A stretch of DNA of 64,000 nucleotides from Armatimonadota bacterium (lineage in GTDB: Bacteria > Armatimonadota > HRBIN16). The translations under genes were made by a program, and so were the position numbers. The notes beneath the pieces are model-generated. The model was not told where the DNA came from. It saw only the letters and a program-made list of their open reading frames with translations, and did no database searches. Below are positions 57,119-64,000 of this stretch, piece by piece (the stretch's first letter is position 1; every line of letters starts with the position of its first letter). The DNA is taken from positions 2,208,001 through 2,272,000 of the forward strand of contig OY781964.1 of the NCBI GenBank assembly GCA_963677485.1, written 5' to 3'.

Positions 57119-57988
57119 ATGTGTGAAGCCGTTGCCGTACCCGCCGGACGCCTGCTAGGCGCGCATATGCCCACCACCGGAGGTCTACAAAACGCCCTGA
57201 CCTCTGGTCACGAGATCGGCTGCACCGCCGTCCAACTCTTCACTGCCAGCCCCAGGCAGTGGCGCGCTGCGCCTTTGAAGCCTGAGACGGTGCAGGCGTT
57301 CCAGGAGGCCTGGCAGCAGACCCAGATGGGGGCGGTGATCTGCCACGATTCCTACCTGGTGAACCTCGCGGCGCCCTCTGAAGAGGTGTATGCGAAGAGC
57401 TTGGTCGCATTCCGTGAGGAGCTGGACCGATGTGAGCAACTGGGCATTCCGTGGGTGGTCACGCACATGGGCAGTTATCTGGATACTTCCGAGGAGGAAG
57501 GATTGGAGAAGCTGGTGGCCTCCGCTAAGCGTCTGCTGGCCGATACCGCAGGCTACAAAGTCGGCATCGCCATGGAGACCACCGCAGGACAAGGCACCAA
57601 CCTGGGATATAAGTTTGAGCATCTGCGACGCGTTCTTGACGGCAACCAGGGTGATACGCGCCTCAGCGTATGCATGGATACCTGCCACATCTTCGTGGCC
57701 GGTTATGACATCAGCACCAACCTGCTGAGCGGCGTGCTGGACGAGTTTGATCAGGTGATCGGGCTGGACCGTTTGGTGGCCGTCCACGCCAACGACGCGT
57801 TGAAAGGTCTGGGCAGCAAGAAGGACCGTCACGCACACATCGGCCAGGGCGAGCTGGGTGAGGATCCATTCCGTCAGTTGGTTAACGAGCCGCGGCTGAT
57901 GAGCATCCCCATTATTCTTGAGACGCCTGAGTCAGAGACGATGCACCGCGAGAACCTGGCGCATCTGGTGCGGCTGATAGAGGCGTAA
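57119..57988 (+). CDS. nfo: Endonuclease IV (AP endonuclease)
   Basis: GAH...GG, H..YL.NL, ETTAGQG, DTCH.F.AGYD, HAND, DRH, ILETP. Confidence 0.95.
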   Translation: MCEAVAVPAGRLLGAHMPTTGGLQNALTSGHEIGCTAVQLFTASPRQWRAAPLKPETVQAFQEAWQQTQMGAVICHDSYLVNLAAPSEEVYAKSLVAFREELDRCEQLGIPWVVTHMGSYLDTSEEEGLEKLVASAKRLLADTAGYKVGIAMETTAGQGTNLGYKFEHLRRVLDGNQGDTRLSVCMDTCHIFVAGYDISTNLLSGVLDEFDQVIGLDRLVAVHANDALKGLGSKKDRHAHIGQGELGEDPFRQLVNEPRLMSIPIILETPESETMHRENLAHLVRLIEA

Positions 57989-58003
57989 TAGCCACACCTA
58001 GGG

Positions 58004-59026
58004 TCACGCTTGGTTCAGCAACCCGTACCGACTCTTCATCTGCAAGATGCGGCGCACCGATTCGTCGATTCTGCGCGGGTTCCTGGCAGCCTGTTTGCTT
58101 AAAGACTCAAAGAGCTTTTGCTTGATCTCATCACCCTCGCAAGCCAGGAAGATGTCAACCCCAGCGGTGAGCCCCCGTTTGATCATATCCTCCGGGGAGT
58201 AGTTCTGGCTGATGGCCCCCATGCCCAGACTATCGGTGATGATCACGCCGTTGAAGCCCAGCTTCTTGCGCAGCACTTTGTTCAGCCAGTAGCTGGAAAG
58301 CGTGGCGGGATGACGGTCCTCGGGGAAGATCACGTGCGCACTCATCACTGTCTCAACGCCTGCCTTCACGGCGGCGCGGAACGGTGACAGGTGGATGTCC
58401 ATCTCTTTGCTGCTCAGCTTCACCGCCACCTTACCAGTGTGGGAGTCGTCGGTGGAGGCACCATGCCCCGGGAAGTGCTTGGCACAGGAGATGATACCTT
58501 CAGCCTGCAGCGCTGTGATGTATTCACAGCCCAGCTTCGCCACAATATTGGGGTCAGGGCCGTAGCTGCGGTTGCCGATCACCTTGTTAGCCAGGTTGGT
58601 GCGCACGTCCAGCACAGGTGCCAGGTTCATATTCATACCCACAGCCTTGAAGTCTGCGGCGGTGGTTTGGGCCTGCACTGTCGGTGCGCCAGTGCCTTTG
58701 GCCGCCAGCTCTTCGCTGGAGGGCAGGGGCCGGCAGATGGTCGCGGGGAGATGCTGCACCCGGCCACCCTCCTGGTCTGTGGAGAAGAGCAATCCGATAC
58801 CCGCGCTGTTCTGCATGGCGATGGTCTGAGAGGCCGCAGTCAGTTTGGCCAGTTGCTTGATATCCTGAGCATTCTTGCCCATCACGATCAGCCCGCCCGG
58901 CAGATAGGCGTTCAGCATCTGCTCGGCCCCATCGATGGACTGGCTGCTGAAGCCAAACATCAGCATCTGCCCCAGCTTCTGTTCCATCGTGAGAGATTTT
59001 AATACAGTTTCTATTTGCTGGTTCAT
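58004..59026 (-). CDS. nagZ: GH3 beta-N-acetylhexosaminidase (NagZ-like)
   Basis: DQEGGRV, APVLD, RSYG, KHFPGHG...DSH, ITD.L.MGA; start reassigned (SD GGAG 9 nt upstream). Confidence 0.8.
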   Translation of the reverse strand: MNQQIETVLKSLTMEQKLGQMLMFGFSSQSIDGAEQMLNAYLPGGLIVMGKNAQDIKQLAKLTAASQTIAMQNSAGIGLLFSTDQEGGRVQHLPATICRPLPSSEELAAKGTGAPTVQAQTTAADFKAVGMNMNLAPVLDVRTNLANKVIGNRSYGPDPNIVAKLGCEYITALQAEGIISCAKHFPGHGASTDDSHTGKVAVKLSSKEMDIHLSPFRAAVKAGVETVMSAHVIFPEDRHPATLSSYWLNKVLRKKLGFNGVIITDSLGMGAISQNYSPEDMIKRGLTAGVDIFLACEGDEIKQKLFESLSKQAARNPRRIDESVRRILQMKSRYGLLNQA

Positions 59027-59156
59027 TTGTGAGTTCTCCATATGGTAGTGCCGCCATATGGTATTCTGCCACCATCGCCTGTGGCATGCCACATTCATTT
59101 TGGAGAATGGAGGAGCGAGAAGGTAGAAGCGACTATGGAAACGATGCCTATAATGT

Positions 59157-59320
59157 CCTACTCCACCTACTCGTCCGACTTGTCCTATGGCCCGGCGGGT
59201 AACCCATCCGAGAGTCTGTCCACATATTACGCAGATTGTCGGGTGGAAAACCACGGAGCCCATTGGCGATCCCGTATATTCCATCCTGTCACTGCTTCAA
59301 ATCCGCGTAATCTGTGGTTC
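59157..59320. repeat. C-type unit (59157-59188) plus a 102-bp element with inverted D-type ends (59219-59320)
   Basis: tccacatattacgcagatt...aatccgcgtaatctgtggttc; related element at 62314-62432. Confidence 0.65.
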
Positions 59321-59359
59321 AGACACACAGCAAATGGAACGCACCCGGTCCTCATCTGG

Positions 59360-61966
59360 TCACGGTCCAGAAACGCGCTCAGCATCCCACCGAAACTGCA
59401 CAAAATCGGGGTCGGTGTCTTTCCAGTCGTTTCGCGAGCCCTTGAGCGTCTTGCCGTCCTCAGACATGGTGAACTTGGCACCTCCGCGAAGTGTGCCGTC
59501 ACGGTTCTTCCACTTCAGCCTAACTACCTTCCCGCTGACCGTTCCATCGAGGCTGCCGTCACCACCCCAGGTTCCGGTAACTCGGTTTTCCTCCTGCAGC
59601 ATCACAATCTCACCCCAGTCACCCCAGGTCGTCTTCCAGGTGCCTGTAAATCCCGAAGTAATAGCCGGTGGCGGCGGAGCGGAACCCTCTACGCCTTTAC
59701 GTTTGGCATCCCAGCGGTATCGGGCTTCATCTGATCCCACTTGATCATTCCTACTACCGGTGATGAAGTTCGCGTCAGCCGACAGGGTAAACTTTGCGCT
59801 GCCTGCGAGCCCTGAAGGGTCGGTCCATTTCAAGCGAGCCACATTGTTTTCCACCGTACCTTCCAGTTTGTGCGTGCCCCCATAATAGGTACCTGTCACG
59901 CGCGTGCCATCCTGCTGCAGCACGAACTCACCCCAGTCACCCCATGTCGTGCTCCACGTGCCGTTAAAGTCATGTGGTGTCTCTTCAGGCCATCCTCCCG
60001 TAGGCTGATCGACGCGCGTCGGTTGCAAATCGCCGTAGTTTCCGCCAGGGCTGGAGGGGCTGGTCGGCTTGGAGTCGACGAGTGCGCCTCCCGTCGTGCC
60101 GGTCACGCTCCGCTCCATTCCAGAGCTAAGGGTAAATGGCGCAGCATCTGCGGCCGAGGGGGTCACCCTCACATAACCAAACTGCACAGTGATGGTACTC
60201 TTCCCAGCCGATGGATTGTGCTGCACTACGAAGGCTGTTCCCTGGGCCTCCACCCCGCACAACGGCGTGGTCACTCGGTATGTCTCGCCCTTGAGGGGAA
60301 CAACCGTCGATGCGACCGTGCCGTTTCGCAGGGTGACTTGTCCGTCTTTACCCTGCGATCCCAGCGATGCTTCTGTACCTTCCGCGAAAGTGGCAATCCG
60401 TCCTCGCGGCAGCTCTACCACCGCACTCCCGCCCGTTCCTGTGCGGATCGACGATCCCGCTTTCAACGCCTCGAAGGTCTTGCCGGGACGCCAGCCAACA
60501 GAACCGGCTGGCCGCACAGAAACATCTCCTGCAACAGATGCCAGGCTGACGCCACCTGCAGTAGGAGCAGGTGGGGCGACGGGTGCCGGTTCGCCTGGCT
60601 GAGAGACAGCGAGCATTCTTGGATCGATGGTGGTGGGTTGCGGTGGTTTCACGGCTTCGGGAACTGTGATATCCATAATCTCCATACGCACGATCTCGGT
60701 GCCAGGCATGATGGCCCCCGTTGAGCGCTTGAATATCCACTTCAATATCACGGGCGATTCAGAGGCAGATCCTCTCACCTCAAGCCACAAAGTTGGCTGA
60801 GTGATGTTGTCGGCGGACGGGGTAAATGGTACCCGCATTGTGGCCTCTTTGGGGTAGTTGGGCGGGTCACTCTGCACATAAAGCGAATAGTTCGAGTTGT
60901 CGGCTTCGCTGGCTCGATCACCACGTACATTGTGCCAGCCGTAGACGGTAAGCACTGCCACCGGGTCGCTCGTGATGCGTGCTTTGACGACGATGTCGTC
61001 TCCTTCGACGATCGTGCCGCCAGGCCCAAGCGAGGTATCCCAGGTGAGAGTGCTTGTGCCTGACCTCCCTCCTTTTGTCAGCGTATATGTCAGCGACTGC
61101 CCTGGCTGATATTTGAAACCCTCAGGCAGATTGCCAACAACGCCCGTAGCAATTTGTAACTCGGTAGCTCCGTTGGTGCCCACCCACATCTTGCGTGACA
61201 AAACCTCTGCGGGTTTAGCTTCATTGGCAGTAAAGGGGCACGACTCCCTGGCTGGTTCGCTGAACCAGGAGTTCAGATATACCTCCCATCGGTATACGCC
61301 TGAGGAGGGCACCCTGGCCCGGAATGCAGATTTAACGATTCCTGCACCCCGCACGGCTTTCACTCTACGAAAGGCCTTGGTACTGACACTCTTGCCGTCT
61401 GGTCCGACGAGTTGAACATATTCCATGATCTCGTGCATTCTGGCCTTAGAATCTGAGATGTGGTATTCGAGGTTAAGTGTGACGGGCTCACCAGCCGCCA
61501 CCTTGAGAGGGTTCACTTTGGCGGTGTCGATGGTCATTGTGCAGTCAAGTTTTTTATCGCTGTTGCCGGTTAAGTCAGGAAGAGGCATACATCCGTGATA
61601 ACGGGCGCGAAGCACCAGCCGTTCTATCCTGCGTGTTTTCGGTTCATACACACCCGTCAAAACCCACGCCTCGCTGTCTAATGTCTCTTCAACACAGGCC
61701 ATCAGCATGCCCGTCCTGGCTATCAGTATGCCCGAGATGGTTGCGTTGCCCTCAGAAGTTGTGATCGTGCCGGAGATAGTCCAGCCGATGCCGACGATGG
61801 GCACTTCGCGATGGATGTAGAAGCCCCATTTGTTAGGTATTTGGTCGAGGTAGAAGCATTCAGGTATGTCAGATGGCGAATCAGCTTTTTGGGCTCCTGC
61901 GCATGTGGAAAGCAACAGTAATACGAGAATAACGATCCAGAACGATCTGCGAACGATGGAGAGCAT
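59360..61966 (-). CDS. Secreted multidomain protein with FecR domain and two tandem C-terminal beta-barrel repeats
   Basis: Signal peptide; FecR motifs IRTG..., VTTP...A.GT.F.V, V..G.V.V; duplicated F.GTW.TTWGDWGE...RWDA.R units. Confidence 0.75.
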   Translation of the reverse strand: MLSIVRRSFWIVILVLLLLSTCAGAQKADSPSDIPECFYLDQIPNKWGFYIHREVPIVGIGWTISGTITTSEGNATISGILIARTGMLMACVEETLDSEAWVLTGVYEPKTRRIERLVLRARYHGCMPLPDLTGNSDKKLDCTMTIDTAKVNPLKVAAGEPVTLNLEYHISDSKARMHEIMEYVQLVGPDGKSVSTKAFRRVKAVRGAGIVKSAFRARVPSSGVYRWEVYLNSWFSEPARESCPFTANEAKPAEVLSRKMWVGTNGATELQIATGVVGNLPEGFKYQPGQSLTYTLTKGGRSGTSTLTWDTSLGPGGTIVEGDDIVVKARITSDPVAVLTVYGWHNVRGDRASEADNSNYSLYVQSDPPNYPKEATMRVPFTPSADNITQPTLWLEVRGSASESPVILKWIFKRSTGAIMPGTEIVRMEIMDITVPEAVKPPQPTTIDPRMLAVSQPGEPAPVAPPAPTAGGVSLASVAGDVSVRPAGSVGWRPGKTFEALKAGSSIRTGTGGSAVVELPRGRIATFAEGTEASLGSQGKDGQVTLRNGTVASTVVPLKGETYRVTTPLCGVEAQGTAFVVQHNPSAGKSTITVQFGYVRVTPSAADAAPFTLSSGMERSVTGTTGGALVDSKPTSPSSPGGNYGDLQPTRVDQPTGGWPEETPHDFNGTWSTTWGDWGEFVLQQDGTRVTGTYYGGTHKLEGTVENNVARLKWTDPSGLAGSAKFTLSADANFITGSRNDQVGSDEARYRWDAKRKGVEGSAPPPPAITSGFTGTWKTTWGDWGEIVMLQEENRVTGTWGGDGSLDGTVSGKVVRLKWKNRDGTLRGGAKFTMSEDGKTLKGSRNDWKDTDPDFVQFRWDAERVSGP

Positions 61967-62313
61967 CACGGACCTCCCGGTCTTCCGCGATGGGTCGGAT
62001 TGGCGGCAAAACATCGATCTAACCAACCCATCGCTTTCGTCACGGCACCCTGTGTGCAGGTGCTGATGGCTGTTGATATGACGAATGATTAATAGTCGGC
62101 ACAGTTTAGAGGATAACTATAACCATAGTGTACCTTCTGGTGATGCATAAATCGGGTAAATATGGCCAACAGAACGAACATGAACAGGTATATGCTGTTC
62201 GACAGGCTTGGCTATCGTCGGTACGGAACTGTGAGTCATATCCTCGATGATGTCCATGATGCTGCCCGAGCTTCAATGCCTTGTCCTCTGGCACACAACC
62301 CATCGAACTCCTA

Positions 62314-62432
62314 TCCCCAGATGACGCGGATCGACGCAGGTATAACGGGGAAACAACAGAGCCAAACGACGGTTTTCCGTTACCGGGTGGGGTAATCCTA
62401 TTTCTTTACCAAATCCGCATAATCCGCGGTTC
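62314..62432. repeat. Element with inverted D-type ends, related to 59219-59320
   Basis: tccccagatgacgcggatcgacgcag...caaatccgcataatccgcggttc; shared internal ggaaa...gagcc. Confidence 0.6.
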
Positions 62433-62563
62433 GGGGTATGGACATTTGGGGCCTGATATGGAGCTTTATCCGCAACTGAATACGGATAACGCAAATAGCT
62501 TCGACCTCAAGTAGAATATATCCACAGCTTACTATATCTCATCGAACCCCTGGAGGGTGATCT

Positions 62564-64000
62564 ATGAAACATCGCTACCTGGGAATTCTACCGCTCATGG
62601 CTCTGGTCACGGCTGGATGGGCCGCGCCGGAGCCAGCCGTGCTGCAAAACGGCGTTGTGCGCATTCAAGTGTTGCCCGACCATGGCACCATCAGCCAGAT
62701 CAATGACTTGACCGGCGGCACTTCACTATCATGCGCGGTCGAGCAGGCCGACAACTACGCCTTGATGCTGCAAAACCCAGACAAGTCCTACATCCAAATC
62801 CTGGGTAAACAACAGAACGTATCGGAGCTGACCAACAGCGGCGGCACGATGCAGATCACCTGGAAGGCCCCACTCACCGACGTGAGCGGCGGCAAGCACG
62901 ACATAGATGTCAAAATGAGCATCGAAGCCCAATCCAACGGGTTGGCATTCGGGCTTACGGTGAGTAACCGCGAAACTGCCAAGGTGCAGGAGGCACGGTA
63001 CCCGGTGATCGGCGGCTGGAACGGCTACGGCAAGCCGGGCACTGCTGACGGCGTGCTTTGGGTGCCCACCTCCAACCCCACGGTGATGCCGTTAGGCGCT
63101 GCGTTCAACACCGCCACGTTTGGCTATCCGGGCCATTCGGTGATGTCATTCTGCGCGGTCAGCAGCCCTTCCGCGAAGCGGGTGGCCTATTTCGCACCGG
63201 AGGACCCGGTGGCCAGGCATAAAAACTTCCGCTTTGAGACGGTGAGTGCCGGTGCGGAAAAGGATGTGCAGTTCAGCGTGGATTTCCATCCGTTTGTGCC
63301 CCAGGGGCAGACATGGTCTGGCCCTCCGGTGGCACTGCGATATGCTGAAGGTGACCAGAAGCAGGCGGGGAAGATTTACCGCGCATGGTTCAGCAAGACC
63401 TTTGGCATCAGCCAGCCAGAGGACAACTGGATCCGCCGTGAGTCGTTCTTCGTCATGACGATGTTCATGCTGCCCGAAGGCACGATCTCGATGAAGTTCA
63501 AGGACATCCCCAAATGGGCGAAAGCCGCCAAGGAGCACGGCATCAACTCACTGCAGGTGAGCGGATGGCAGATCGGCGGGCACGACAACGGCTACCCCTA
63601 CTACACCATCGACCCGCGGCTTGGCACCTGGGATGAGCTGAAAGCGGGCATCGCCTATGCCCACAAGCTGGGACAAAAGGTCTACTTCTTTGTCAACTAC
63701 CAGCCTGCGATGCTTGATGCCGAATGGTATAAGAACGAGCTGGAGCCGATGCGCGAAATGGGTCCGAATGGCGAGCTCACATGGAACGCCGGATGGGGCA
63801 TGGGCACGCTGTGGGCCAGGATGGGCAACTCCAAAAAGATGACATGGATTGACCTCTCCTTCCCCAAGTATCGCAAGATCATCGTGGACTACTTCAGCAA
63901 GCTGGCCCAAATCGGCGGAGACGGGGTGCATGTGGACAAGATGTTTCCTTCTGCCATCGAATATAACCCAAACGCTCCGATGAGCCCAGACACCGCCACA
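62564..64000 (+). CDS. Secreted DUF6259-like glycoside hydrolase (TIM barrel), truncated at the window end
   Basis: Open frame from ATG 62564 (SD GGAGG) to the window end, absent from the ORF track because it has no stop; MKHRYLGILPLMAL signal; GW..GGHDNGYPYY..DPRLG...ELK, DGVHVD. Confidence 0.75.
   Translation, partial: MKHRYLGILPLMALVTAGWAAPEPAVLQNGVVRIQVLPDHGTISQINDLTGGTSLSCAVEQADNYALMLQNPDKSYIQILGKQQNVSELTNSGGTMQITWKAPLTDVSGGKHDIDVKMSIEAQSNGLAFGLTVSNRETAKVQEARYPVIGGWNGYGKPGTADGVLWVPTSNPTVMPLGAAFNTATFGYPGHSVMSFCAVSSPSAKRVAYFAPEDPVARHKNFRFETVSAGAEKDVQFSVDFHPFVPQGQTWSGPPVALRYAEGDQKQAGKIYRAWFSKTFGISQPEDNWIRRESFFVMTMFMLPEGTISMKFKDIPKWAKAAKEHGINSLQVSGWQIGGHDNGYPYYTIDPRLGTWDELKAGIAYAHKLGQKVYFFVNYQPAMLDAEWYKNELEPMREMGPNGELTWNAGWGMGTLWARMGNSKKMTWIDLSFPKYRKIIVDYFSKLAQIGGDGVHVDKMFPSAIEYNPNAPMSPDTAT

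Noticed and set aside
59027-59284. Extended N-terminus of the GH3 ORF
   Set aside because: It crosses C- and D-type repeats; homology-like sequence and an SD start at 59026.
1-64000. tRNA, rRNA, integrase, transposase or prophage genes
   Set aside because: I found no T-loop/cloverleaf, rRNA signature, or recombinase, transposase or phage motif by inspection; a tRNAscan/Infernal/HMM run would be needed to exclude divergent ones.

Overview
This is a 64-kb, GC-rich bacterial chromosome segment, probably Armatimonadota. That is inferred from the dockerin-like C-terminus, the prepilin/H-X9-DG protein, DUF6259-like and URO-D-like paralogs, and many secreted glycoside hydrolases. It carries about 45 plausible CDS. 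Housekeeping genes include ftsE-ftsX-envC-like, an OsmC family gene, mrp/apbC with a NifU-like gene, nfo and a NagZ-type GH3. There is a conserved RDD/SpoIIM/DUF4129/DUF4350/MoxR/DUF58 cluster, many carbohydrate-active enzymes, and three pairs of tandem paralogs. Accessory genes include a secreted Zn-phospholipase C/P1-fold protein, a serpin, a SEC-C protein and a TIR-NB-ARC(STAND)-TPR protein. I found no tRNA, rRNA, CRISPR array, transposase or integrase. The most striking non-coding signal is a dense set of intergenic repeat families. These are a 168-bp nested-palindrome REPIN/MITE-like element (6 full or partial copies), an IS200/RAYT-type palindromic element, and several short polar 'triplet' tandem-repeat units with 8-10 bp periods. 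The triplet units sit as inverted or direct pairs around accessory genes, including a perfect 17-bp inverted pair bracketing the chimeric TIR-NLR gene. All functional calls come from motif recognition by eye; no database searches were run.
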